Shown here piece after piece: positions 1 through 8,531 of a stretch of DNA of 64,000 bases (position 1 is its first letter; each line of letters opens with the position of its first letter). Below the pieces are notes generated by a model. That model did no database searches. It saw nothing but the letters and a program-made list of their open reading frames with translations, and was not told the DNA's origin. Origin of the DNA: an uncultured Verrucomicrobia subdivision 3 bacterium (lineage in GTDB: Bacteria; Verrucomicrobiota; Verrucomicrobiia; Limisphaerales; UBA11358). The stretch covers positions 11,009 through 75,008 of the forward strand of contig CAJAQO010000286.1 of assembly GCA_903944085.1 (NCBI GenBank), written 5' to 3'. A program made the position numbers and the translations under genes.

Positions 1-479
1 CGCTGATGAAAATCCGCGAGCAGCGCAAATAAATTTTTCGCGGAGTTGAGCCGGTCAATTTTTTTCAAGTCATTCAGAATTGGTTTCAGGCCCAACTGCT
101 CGATGTGGTTGGTATCCATGACCGAGGTAAAAAAATCGCCCACCTCGCGCTGGGGCGAATGTGCGGCAACCGGTTGGTTCGGCGATGCGGCCTCATCCAG
201 AATTTCGTGGATCAAATACCAGTTGCGCTCCGCCAGTTCGGTGAACGCGGCCCAGCGCGATTTGTCGGGCGGCACCGGATTATCTTTCAACCATTGCCCG
301 TCGGCGAAATGATAAAAATCGGCGCCGGGACTCACGGAGCGGTCCATATAAGCCATCGAGAACGCCGGCACGCGCGGTGCCGCCGGCGATAAATTGGTGA
401 CTGCTTCATCCGCCGCCAACGCCCTGAAGCTGGCGGCAAATAGTGAAATAATGGCGTAAAAATTCGCGGTCGTTTTCAT
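1..479 (-). CDS. M13 family zinc metallopeptidase (PepO/neprilysin-like), N-terminal part only; gene runs off the left edge
   Basis: Own translation of the minus strand from ATG at 479-477: MKTTANFYAIISLFAASFRALAADE (signal peptide) ... MDRSVSPGADFYHFADGQWLKDNPVPPDKSRWAAFTELAERNWYLIHEILDEA. This matches the DFYxYxNGxW ... P.D.s.w..F block typical of M13 peptidase N-termini. It is absent from the ORF track because no stop lies inside the window. Confidence 0.6.
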   Translation of the reverse strand, partial: MKTTANFYAIISLFAASFRALAADEAVTNLSPAAPRVPAFSMAYMDRSVSPGADFYHFADGQWLKDNPVPPDKSRWAAFTELAERNWYLIHEILDEAASPNQPVAAHSPQREVGDFFTSVMDTNHIEQLGLKPILNDLKKIDRLNSAKNLFALLADFHQ

Positions 480-571
480 GATGGAATTGGCGCAGTAATA
501 TTGTTTTAAGTGGAACGCAGTGACTGATGAGGTTGGAATAAAGGCAAACTTGGTGAAAGCGTTTTAGTGGT

Positions 572-1840
572 TCAGAGCAAAAATCCGGCGAGACACGCGG
601 TCATGTAGGCGGCGAGCAAGCCGCCGATCATCGCGCGAAAACCGAGCTGCGCCATTTCGCTGCGGCGCTCCGGCGCGAGCGAGCCGATGCCGCCGACCTG
701 GATCGCGATGCTGGAAAAATTCGCGAAGCCGCACAGCGCATAAGTCGCAATCGTGAAGCTGCGCGGATCAAGCGCGAGCGTTTTCGCGTTCTCGGTCAAA
801 TCCAGATAGCCGACAAATTCGTTCAGCACGATGCGTTCGCCGAGGATTTGCCCGATCTTCAGGCAATCCTGCGTCGGCACGCCCATGAGCCAGGCGAACG
901 GTGCGTTGACCCAGCCGAAAATATTTTGGAGTGTGAATGCGTGCGTCATCCCAACGTGCAATTGCGCGAAGGCAAAAACATAATTCGCCAGCGCAATGAT
1001 GGCGATGAAAGCTATCAGCATGGCGCAAATGTTCAGCGCCAGTTGAAAGCCGTCGCCTGCGCCGCGACAAATGGCGTCCACGGAATTGGCCGTGGTGCGC
1101 GGCACCGTGGCGGGCGAACTGCCGGCGGTTTCGCTGACCTGCGTTTCCGGCAGCATGATTTTGGCGATGAGCAGCGCCGCCGGACAGTTCAGCACCGACG
1201 CCGTGAGCAGATGCCCGGCGGTGTTCGGATAGCCGGCGGCCATGCCCATCGCCGCGTAAACCGCTGCCACGCCGCCGGCGATGTGCGCCATGCCGCAGAC
1301 CATGATGGTCATGAGTTCGCTGCGTGTCATGCGCGGGACGTAAGGCCGGATGACGAGCGGTGCCTCGGTCTGGCCCATGAAAATATTCGCGGCGGCGGAG
1401 AGCGTCTCGCTGCCGCTGGTGCCCATCGCCTTGCGCATCACCCACGCGACCGCACGCACGACGCGCTGCAAAATGCCCCAGTGATAAAACAGCGATGACA
1501 GCGCGGCTACAATGACCACCGTGCCGCAAACCAAAATGGCGAAAACCAAACCGTGTCCGGGTCCGAAGTTTTTGCCAAGCAGATCCGCATCCGCGAGCGG
1601 CCCGAAAACAAATTTCGTTCCGTCGGTGGAAAACTGGATCAGCTTCTGCACGACCTTGCCGGCGAATTCAAAAAGCTTTGCGCCCCACGGCGTGTCGAGC
1701 ACGAGAATGGCCAGCGTGAGTTGCAGGCCAAGTCCCCAAATGACCGTGCGCCACGGAAAATTTCTGCGGTTGTAGGAAATGCCCCAAGCGAACAGCAGCA
1801 TCGCCGCCCAGCCAAACAGGTTCGCAAAATGCAGGTGCAT
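572..1840 (-). CDS. nupC: NupC/CNT family concentrative nucleoside transporter
   Basis: 422-aa polytopic ORF with CNT blocks GTKFVFGP, NIFMGQTEAPLVIRPY, MVCGMAHIAGG and GFANFSSIAIQVGG. Its ATG overlaps the hpt stop by 1 nt (TAATG on the coding strand). Confidence 0.85.
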   Translation of the reverse strand: MHLHFANLFGWAAMLLFAWGISYNRRNFPWRTVIWGLGLQLTLAILVLDTPWGAKLFEFAGKVVQKLIQFSTDGTKFVFGPLADADLLGKNFGPGHGLVFAILVCGTVVIVAALSSLFYHWGILQRVVRAVAWVMRKAMGTSGSETLSAAANIFMGQTEAPLVIRPYVPRMTRSELMTIMVCGMAHIAGGVAAVYAAMGMAAGYPNTAGHLLTASVLNCPAALLIAKIMLPETQVSETAGSSPATVPRTTANSVDAICRGAGDGFQLALNICAMLIAFIAIIALANYVFAFAQLHVGMTHAFTLQNIFGWVNAPFAWLMGVPTQDCLKIGQILGERIVLNEFVGYLDLTENAKTLALDPRSFTIATYALCGFANFSSIAIQVGGIGSLAPERRSEMAQLGFRAMIGGLLAAYMTACLAGFLL

Positions 1841-2544
1841 TATTTCTGGATGACGCGTTGGATGACTTCCTTGTAAATGTGCGGGTGCAGCACGCCGACG
1901 AACGGCAGGTTGCGGTAGCGCTCGGCAAAATCAAGCCCGTAGCCGACGACAAATAAATCCGGAATTTCGAAGCCGACGAAATCCGCCTCAATGTCAAATG
2001 TCCGGCGCGCGGGCTTGTCCAGCAGCACGCAGGTTTTGATGCGGCGCGGCTTGAGCAGCTCCAGCTTGGGCAGCACGCGGCTCATGGTTTTGCCGGTGTC
2101 GAGAATGTCATCCACCAGCAGCACGTCGCGTCCGCGCACGTCGAGGCGCAGTTCCTTGGTGAAAACCAGTTCGCCGGATTCGGTGCCGAGGCCGTAGCTG
2201 GAAACGCCGATGAAATCCAGGCGCAGCGGCAAATTCAAATGCCGGATCAAATCCGCGAGAAACATCACCGTGCCGCTCAACAGCGAGACCACGACCATTT
2301 CGCGCCCGCGAAAATCTTTTTCAATTTCCCGCGCCAGAATTTTGATGCGCTTGGCGAGTTGTTCGTCGGTGATGAGGATGCGCTCGACTTCCTGGCGCCA
2401 GCGCACCGGCACAGTGGGCTTGGTTTTGGTTTTTTTAGTTTTGGGTTGGGTGCTCACAAAATGCGATGGCCGGAATCGTAAAGTTTTTTTGCCGCTTGCC
2501 GAGAAATATTTGCGTCCGCGCATCCGGCCGAGGCCGCTGCCCAT
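1840..2544 (-). CDS. hpt: hypoxanthine(-guanine) phosphoribosyltransferase
   Basis: PRTase signature: MVVVSLLSGTVMFLADLIRHLNLPLRLDFIGVSSYG ... DVLLVDDILDTGKTM ... KTCVLLDKP. The ORF is open to 2655, but the recognisable region starts near 2400. The true start is unresolved (ATG 2544 or 2523, or GTG 2457). Confidence 0.85.
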   Translation of the reverse strand: MGSGLGRMRGRKYFSASGKKTLRFRPSHFVSTQPKTKKTKTKPTVPVRWRQEVERILITDEQLAKRIKILAREIEKDFRGREMVVVSLLSGTVMFLADLIRHLNLPLRLDFIGVSSYGLGTESGELVFTKELRLDVRGRDVLLVDDILDTGKTMSRVLPKLELLKPRRIKTCVLLDKPARRTFDIEADFVGFEIPDLFVVGYGLDFAERYRNLPFVGVLHPHIYKEVIQRVIQK

Positions 2545-2676
2545 TTCAAGGAGAATTTTGCGCCGCTCGAAATCAGCCTCGCAAACCGCGCGGCCCCCTT
2601 TGCCCGCGCAGATCAATGGCTGAACCGCAAAGCTGGGTTTGCCGCTGATGATCAATGGAAGCGCGGCACCCTGCCG

Positions 2677-3270
2677 TCAATTATGAAGCAAGCGCAGTTT
2701 TTTCAGCGTGCGGCTCAAAAAGCGAAGCGGCTGGTCACTGCTGGAGTTGGTCTGGAGCTGTGGCATTGGCCGGTGCGTGGAACTATTGGACCGGTGCCGG
2801 GGCTGCGGAGTTGGCACCAAGTTTTTGGCCGGGCAGCGAATTTGCTCGGCCACGTTTTCCACCGGGGAGCTTTTGAGCAGGTAGCCCGATGCCCCATTGC
2901 TGAACGCCCGTTCCTGCCAGGCCGGATTAAAGCAGGAGGTGAACATCAGCACGCGGGTCGAACGGGTGAGCGATTTGATCGGGCGCACAGCGTCCAATCC
3001 GTTGCGGTCGCCCATCTGGACATCCATCAAAATGACATCCGGCCCGGGCTGGCTCGCGAGTTCGCTCAGCAACGCGTCCGGCGAGGAAAAATGGCGGGCG
3101 CATTCTATGCCGCCCTGAAGGCTTAGCAATTCGGCCAGCAGCCTGCGGATTTCGTCATCATCATCCACCAGCCAGACTTTCACCTTTGGCGACAAGGATT
3201 CGCTAGGTTGCCCGGCAACCGCAGTGGTCCCGGTTGGTGGCGGAGTGGCGGGCAAAGAGTTTTCATCCAT
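2677..3270 (-). CDS. stand-alone response-regulator receiver domain protein
   Basis: KVWLVDDDDEIRRLLAELL ... DVILMDVQMGDRNGLDAVRPIK ... VLMFTS ... GYLLKS is a CheY-like receiver with the phospho-acceptor Asp, and no output domain is visible. Start taken at MDENS (3270); the ORF is open to 3366. Confidence 0.7.
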   Translation of the reverse strand: MDENSLPATPPPTGTTAVAGQPSESLSPKVKVWLVDDDDEIRRLLAELLSLQGGIECARHFSSPDALLSELASQPGPDVILMDVQMGDRNGLDAVRPIKSLTRSTRVLMFTSCFNPAWQERAFSNGASGYLLKSSPVENVAEQIRCPAKNLVPTPQPRHRSNSSTHRPMPQLQTNSSSDQPLRFLSRTLKKLRLLHN

Positions 3271-3464
3271 CGCCGGCTTGAAGCTTTCCCAATGCCAACC
3301 GCCATGCTTTGAATGCCGACCTCGAAAATCGCCTGTCATTGCAAGGGTAAATTTATGAAGGCACAAAGTCTCGCCGGGACTTCGCTGTCGTGGTGGCGGA
3401 AAACCCTTGCGGGATTTTAGTCAACGGGTTTGAAAATTAACATCCGGCCGGTGCTCGGGCTGTG

Positions 3465-3544
3465 TCTTAATCCTAAGCGTCATCGTAATCTTAATCTGCT
3501 TCAAACCACGATTACGATTAAGAACAAGATTAAGATTAGGATTG
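3465..3544. repeat. inverted pair of short TAATC-type / GATTA-type tandem units (no cargo)
   Basis: Left arm: tcttaatcctaagcg ... cgtaatcttaatct (3465-3497). Right arm: cgattacgattaaga ... agattaagattagg (3509-3540). The arms are reverse complements at 13/15 and 12/14 positions. Intergenic, upstream of the nucleoside hydrolase gene. Confidence 0.7.
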
Positions 3545-3599
3545 CACCGGCGCTCGACGAAAATTGACGCAGCGGCGGTTCCGGCACACAATTCCCGAC

Positions 3600-4643
3600 A
3601 TGTCCGCGCCCGCACTCATCAACTTTTCCGCCGCGTGTTTCTCATCGTGGCGACTCGGTTTCTGTCTCGCCTTGCTCGGCATGGGCTTGGCATTCCCGCC
3701 CGCATCCGCCCGCGCCGCCGAAACCGCCGCCGTCAAGGCCGCTCCCATTCCCGTCATTCTCGACACCGACATCGGCGACGACATTGACGATACTTGGGCG
3801 CTCGCGCTCCTGCTCAAATCTCCCGAACTGGACCTGAAACTCGCGGTGGGCGATTACGGCAAAGCCGAATACCGCGCGCGTTTGCTCGCGAAGTTGCTCG
3901 CACGCTCCGGGCGCGGGGATGTGTCCGTGGGCCTCGGCCTTGATGTCGCGCCGCGCGGCGGGGGCCGGCAGGACGCGTGGGTGAAAGACTACGAACTCAA
4001 ATCCTATCCGGGCAAAGTCTTCACCAACGGAGTGCAGGCCATCATTGACACGATCATGAACTCGCCGCAGCGCGTGACCTTGATCTGCATCGGCCCGGTG
4101 CCGAACATTGCCGCCGCACTGCAACGCGAGCCGCGCATTGCCCGGCACGCGCGCTTCATCGGCATGGACGGCAGCGTGCGCCTGGGTTATGGCGGCGCGC
4201 CGTCGCCTTGCGCAGAATGGAACGTGAAGGCCGATCCGAAATCCTTGCAACAAGTTTTTGCCGCGCCTTGGGACATTACCATCACGCCGCTCGACACCTG
4301 TGGCCGGGTGAGCCTCGCCGGCGAAAAATATCGGCGCGTCCGTGACACGACCGACCGCACCGCCGCCGACGTGATCGCCAACTACCGGCTCTGGCTGGGC
4401 AGCGACCCGGCATCGTCGCCGAACGCTGCCGACCAGCACAGCAGCACCTTGTTTGATCCCGTGGCGGTTTATCTCGCCCTTCAGCCGGAGCTTTGCGTGA
4501 TGGAGCGAATGAACCTTCGCGTCACCGATGAAGGTTTTACCGTCCTGGACCCGCAGGGCAGGCCGGTCAACGTGGCGACGAAATGGAAAGACCTGGGCGC
4601 GTTCGAGGATTTTCTGGTGACCCGCCTGACGGGAAAACCTTGA
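3600..4643 (+). CDS. secreted inosine/uridine-preferring nucleoside hydrolase family protein
   Basis: Signal peptide MSAPALINFSAACFSSWRLGFCLALLGMGLAFPPASARA, then PVILDTDIGDDIDDTWALALLL, the DxDxxxDD motif of the IUNH family. The ORF is open from 3564; ATG 3600 is preferred. Confidence 0.8.
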   Translation: MSAPALINFSAACFSSWRLGFCLALLGMGLAFPPASARAAETAAVKAAPIPVILDTDIGDDIDDTWALALLLKSPELDLKLAVGDYGKAEYRARLLAKLLARSGRGDVSVGLGLDVAPRGGGRQDAWVKDYELKSYPGKVFTNGVQAIIDTIMNSPQRVTLICIGPVPNIAAALQREPRIARHARFIGMDGSVRLGYGGAPSPCAEWNVKADPKSLQQVFAAPWDITITPLDTCGRVSLAGEKYRRVRDTTDRTAADVIANYRLWLGSDPASSPNAADQHSSTLFDPVAVYLALQPELCVMERMNLRVTDEGFTVLDPQGRPVNVATKWKDLGAFEDFLVTRLTGKP

Positions 4644-4887
4644 GGCCCATCAACACTTCCTAAACCGGAATGACGCGGTTGAAAAGTGAAGCGGCGATGC
4701 GCGTAGCTGCGACGCCTCCGTTGCCGAGGGTGCCGGCGACGCCTCATCGCCGACTCCAGCCACCCAACCAAATGGTGGGTTTGGTTTAGCGCGCGATGCG
4801 GGCGTCGCGCCCACTTTCTGCGACGGGGCGTCGCCGCCACGGCCGCCGGCAGCGGCAGCGTTCCGGCTAAAAAGCGATAGTTTTCGG

Positions 4888-4956
4888 GTTCCCGAACCAA
4901 CCGCGCTGGCCCTGGGTGGATTGGGAGCCTTGTTATTGCGGTTCCGTCACTGGCGA
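4888..4956 (+). pseudogene. orphan PEP-CTERM-like sorting-signal remnant
   Basis: Frame 1 reads VPEPTALALGGLGALLLRFRHWR (PEP, hydrophobic helix, Arg-rich). There is no protein-like sequence or ATG upstream (stop at 4687) and no stop directly after the basic cluster. Confidence 0.35.
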
Positions 4957-5157
4957 CATTCTTCGCGGGGGCAAGGAAATCATGAAACCATTTGGCTTTC
5001 TCGACATTTGCCATGGGCGACAGGGAAGTTGTCGCGCCGCGACAAAGAATCCGTGTTTCATCCGTGGCTAAAAACAATTGGTCACCCCGTCCTGCTCCCA
5101 GCCGCCAGGCGCGGGGATGCAAAAACGCCGATTTTTGATGGATGTATATGTTTTTTG

Positions 5158-5500
5158 GACAAAGCCGTTGTTTCGGCAGGCCACTCCGGTGATTTTTTAG
5201 GCTACTCCGTTGCTGCGGATGGCCACTCCGGTAAATTTTTTGACCACTCCGTTGTCGCCGACGACCACTCCGGTGATTTTTCAGCCTGCTCCGGGGAAAT
5301 TTTAGTCCGCTCCATTGTCGCGGATCATCACTCCGGTGAAATTTAAGGCTGCGCCGTTGATTTTGAACGTCGCGCTGTTGCCGCCGATGGTCACTCCCTT
5401 GATTTTGAAGTCCACTCCGTTGATTCCGAAGCCCACTCCGTTGCCGCAAGTGCTTACTCCGTAGCTTCAGAAGGTCACGCCGTTGGCTTGGACGCCCGCA
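5158..5500. repeat. degenerate tandem array of about 16 units of about 21 nt (20-22 nt variants)
   Basis: Units share the core CACTCCGKT, e.g. gccactccggtgattttttag / gctactccgttgctgcggatg / gccactccggtaaattttttga / ccactccgttgtcgccgacga ... gtcacgccgttggcttggac. On the minus strand they read as heptads of the form x-N-G-V-x-F-x, interrupted by stops and frameshifts. Confidence 0.75.
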
Positions 5501-5632
5501 CCCGGCGGCAGCAACCGGCTCCCTTGCCGTGAACGGTCAATGTTGCGCCCGCCACTTCGGGTGACGGTGCTTTAGGTGGGGCGGAAGTTTTCCGTGCGGC
5601 GGGCGGCGGGTGGGTGCCGGCCGCAGTTATGG

Positions 5633-6028
5633 TCACGCAGCTTTGTTTTCGCTGGGAGTTGTCGGCGGCGGGTCATTCGGCTTCGACGGATGCAGCGGCA
5701 GGTTGATGCGATACGGCTTGAGTTCGGCGTAGATGGATTGCGCGAGGCCGGACTTGGTAAAGCCGACGGCTTTGGCACCTTTGACTCCAAAAAACGTCTC
5801 AAACTCCGCCGCCGTGAAATGCTGCACGACGGGATAGTGCGTGAAATCTTTCAACACCTCCTCGCGGCTGGCTTCGGCGATGTCCGTGGTGATGAGGACG
5901 AAATGCAGCTTGCCCTTGTTCGCGCGCAGCGTGTCGCGGCCCACGAGCAGCGCGCGGGTTTTCAGCACGAACGGGAACAGCCGTTCGACGGAATGGGGTT
6001 GGACTGGTTCGGAGTCGCTCATTTGCAA
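5633..6028 (-). CDS. L7Ae/L30e-fold RNA-binding protein (YlxQ-like)
   Basis: 131 aa. The stretch LLVGRDTLRANKGKLHFVLITTDIAEASREEVL ... VGFTKSGLAQSIY follows the YlxQ/L7Ae pattern (xxSGxxxvxkxxxxgkxxLVxxaxDasxxtxkk). Pattern recognition only. Confidence 0.55.
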   Translation of the reverse strand: MQMSDSEPVQPHSVERLFPFVLKTRALLVGRDTLRANKGKLHFVLITTDIAEASREEVLKDFTHYPVVQHFTAAEFETFFGVKGAKAVGFTKSGLAQSIYAELKPYRINLPLHPSKPNDPPPTTPSENKAA

Positions 6029-6036
6029 TTTATTTC

Positions 6037-6093
6037 GGCTGCGCGGCAGCGCAGCCCTACCAACATTGGTAGGGCGAAGCTGCGGCTTCGCCC
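6037..6093. repeat. three consecutive GC-rich hairpins (REP-like cluster)
   Basis: Three stems: ggctgcgc-ggca-gcgcagcc (6037-6056), ccctacc-aacatt-ggtaggg (6055-6074) and gggcgaagc-tgcg-gcttcgccc (6072-6093). Located between the deaD stop and the start of the L7Ae-like gene. Confidence 0.65.
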
Positions 6094-6109
6094 ATTTTCT
6101 TTATCCCGC

Positions 6110-8218
6110 TCACGCCACTTTTACTTTCACTTTGATGCCTTTGATCTCGGCGCGGTTCAGCTTGGCGATGATGCCGTTGGCGTGCTCGCTCGCCACGTCC
6201 ACGAACGAATGCCGTTCGCGCACGTCCACCGTGCCGACGACTTTGCCCGGCAAGCCGGTTTCGCCGGCGACGGAATTCACGAAATCAATCGGCACGACGC
6301 CTTGTTCCTTGCCGACGCTGATCCAAAGCCGTGTTTGGTCCGGTGGCGTCGCGCGGCTGACCTTGGGCCTGGGCGCGGCGACCGGTGCGGACTTGGGCTT
6401 GAGAAATAATTTCGATTCCGGCTTCGGTTCGGGAGTTTTTACCGAGGCCAGAATTTCCGCATCGGAATACGTTTTCACCGCGTCCGCTTTGGTTTCAATG
6501 GGACTGGCCGCTTCTTTCGGGCTGCTCACCGGTTGTTCCGCGTGGGCGGGCAGGGGAGTGGCCGCCTTGCTTTCAACCAGTTTCGCCGCCGGCGGGACAA
6601 TGTTTTTTGCCGGCTGCGAGGGCAAAGCTTTCCACGGCGCGGTTTTACTTTTTTGCGGAGCGCCAAACTCCGCTTCGGCGCGCGGCGAAAAAGCTTTGGG
6701 ACTGGCCGATCTGGAGATCGGCGCTCCGGCGCGCGGCGGACGGTCTTCAAACCGGCGCGGACGTTCGTCACGACGATCCTCAAAACGTGGGCGGCGGTCT
6801 TCGCGTTGCGGGCCACGGTCAGCGAATCGGTCACGCGGGCCGCGATCCTCGCGGTCGCGGAACGCCGGACGTTCATCGCGTTCCGGTCGGTCATATTCCT
6901 CGGTCTTGGGCGCGGATTTGCCCGCGCTTTCGCCGGTGTGCAATTGATGAATCAGCGCGGACACGATGTCGTTGGCCGCAAAACCTTCTTCGGTCAGCCG
7001 CTCGACGAGGCGGTCTTGTTTTTCAAATTCGCCGCTGGTCAAAAGCGAGCGGAGCTTGTCGAGGAAAACATTTTCGCGCGCGGCTTCGACTTCGTGCTCG
7101 GTCGGAATGCGCCCGCGCTGGATGCGGACGTTGGTGAAGCGCTCAATGTTGCGGATTTGAAACAGCTCGCGGCCGGGCACGAGTGAAATCGCCTTGCCGC
7201 TTTTGCCCGCGCGGCCCGTGCGCCCGATGCGGTGGACGTAATCTTCCACGTCGTAAGGCAAATCGTAATTGAACACCACCTGCACGTCGTCCACGTCAAT
7301 GCCGCGCGCCGCGACATCCGTGGCCACGAGAAACTCCAGGCCGGATTTTCGAAATTTGTTCATCACGCGGTCGCGCATGTTCTGCGTCATGTCGCCGTGC
7401 AAGCGGTCGGCCTGATAACCTTGCGCTTCGAGATGGTCCACCAAGTCGTCCACCATGCGCTTGGTGTTGCAAAAAATAATTCCCAGCTTCACGTCGTAAA
7501 TGTCAATCAGCCGCGTGAGCAGTTCGATCTTGTAACGGCGGTCCACTTCAAAATAAACCTGCTCGACGGTCGGCACGGTCATCGCCTTTTGCTCGACCTT
7601 CACGTTCTGCGGATCGCGCGAATATTTTTCGATGAGATCGCGGATCGGCTTCGGCATCGTGGCGGAAAAGAACGCGGTCTGGCGCTCCTTCGGCGCGTCT
7701 TTCAAAATGGTTTCGATGTCGTCGCGGAAACCCATGTTGAGCATCACGTCGGCCTCGTCGAGAATGACCATCTTGATGTTATCCAACCGCAATGTGCCGC
7801 GCCGCATGTGATCCATCACGCGGCCCGGCGTGCCGATGACAATCTGCGCGCCCTGCCGCAGGCCGTAAAGCTGGCGGTCATAAGATTGCCCGCCGTAGAT
7901 CGGCAGCGCGATGATGCCGCGCTTGAAAAAAGCGAGCTTGTGAATTTCCTCCGAAACCTGCATCGCCAGTTCGCGCGTGGGGGCGAGGATCAGGATTTGC
8001 ACGGCGCGTTTGTTCGCGTCCACTTTTTCCACGGCGGGGATGCCGAAGGCGCAGGTTTTGCCGGAGCCGGTCTGCGATTGGCCGACGATGTCCTTGCCTT
8101 CCATCAGCAACGGAATGGCCGCCGCCTGGATGGGTGCCGCCTGTTCAAAGCCGAGTTTGTCAATGGCCTTCAGCACTTCGGCGGAAAGTCCCATTTCGGA
8201 AAAAAGTTTTGGTGTCAT
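6110..8218 (-). CDS. deaD: DEAD-box ATP-dependent RNA helicase with Arg/Asp-rich linker and C-terminal DbpA-type RNA-binding domain
   Basis: Motifs: Q-motif F..LGL..A..AAIP, GSGKTCAF, PTRELA, DEAD, SAT and HRIGRTGRAG. The C-terminus RLWISVGKEQGVVPIDFVNSVAGETGLPGKVVGTVDVRERHSFVDV is DbpA-like. Confidence 0.9.
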   Translation of the reverse strand: MTPKLFSEMGLSAEVLKAIDKLGFEQAAPIQAAAIPLLMEGKDIVGQSQTGSGKTCAFGIPAVEKVDANKRAVQILILAPTRELAMQVSEEIHKLAFFKRGIIALPIYGGQSYDRQLYGLRQGAQIVIGTPGRVMDHMRRGTLRLDNIKMVILDEADVMLNMGFRDDIETILKDAPKERQTAFFSATMPKPIRDLIEKYSRDPQNVKVEQKAMTVPTVEQVYFEVDRRYKIELLTRLIDIYDVKLGIIFCNTKRMVDDLVDHLEAQGYQADRLHGDMTQNMRDRVMNKFRKSGLEFLVATDVAARGIDVDDVQVVFNYDLPYDVEDYVHRIGRTGRAGKSGKAISLVPGRELFQIRNIERFTNVRIQRGRIPTEHEVEAARENVFLDKLRSLLTSGEFEKQDRLVERLTEEGFAANDIVSALIHQLHTGESAGKSAPKTEEYDRPERDERPAFRDREDRGPRDRFADRGPQREDRRPRFEDRRDERPRRFEDRPPRAGAPISRSASPKAFSPRAEAEFGAPQKSKTAPWKALPSQPAKNIVPPAAKLVESKAATPLPAHAEQPVSSPKEAASPIETKADAVKTYSDAEILASVKTPEPKPESKLFLKPKSAPVAAPRPKVSRATPPDQTRLWISVGKEQGVVPIDFVNSVAGETGLPGKVVGTVDVRERHSFVDVASEHANGIIAKLNRAEIKGIKVKVKVA

Positions 8219-8531
8219 GTAAATTAAATTGCCAGCATCGCAATAATAACCGAACCGGCGGCGAAAGCAGAGCTAAATCTGGGGAGGTTAATTTACCGCC
8301 TGCGCGGATTGAGATTTGGAGAATGCGGGCAAATCATCCATCCGGTATCGTGTTTGTTACACACACGATTGATTGCTGTATGGTTCAGAAGCATTTTTTA
8401 TTTGGGCCTTTCGCTTGGCGATAATTCCGGGACTTACGCATACCGACGATCCCGACTGCCACAATCACCGTCCGGCCAGAGCGTAAGTTTTAAGCGCCGG
8501 GAAATTCTTTTCCTCTGCCGGCTGTCGGATT

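Noticed and set aside
4481-5449. 322-aa minus-strand ORF (MRQRSGLRNQRSGLQNQ...)
   Set aside because: Its 3' part overlaps the well-supported nucleoside hydrolase gene on the opposite strand. Its 5' part is simply one reading frame of the 21-nt repeat array. Composition is Arg/Ser/Gln/His-rich and low-complexity, with no recognisable domain.
5158-5500. The 21-nt array, and the heptamer arrays elsewhere, considered as CRISPR
   Set aside because: Units are contiguous with no spacers and far shorter than CRISPR repeats. No cas genes are in the window.
8219-8531. Possible regulatory RNA in the deaD / SGNH-hydrolase divergent spacer
   Set aside because: A long 5' leader is expected for cold-shock helicase genes, but I could not identify a convincing conserved structure or repeat by eye.
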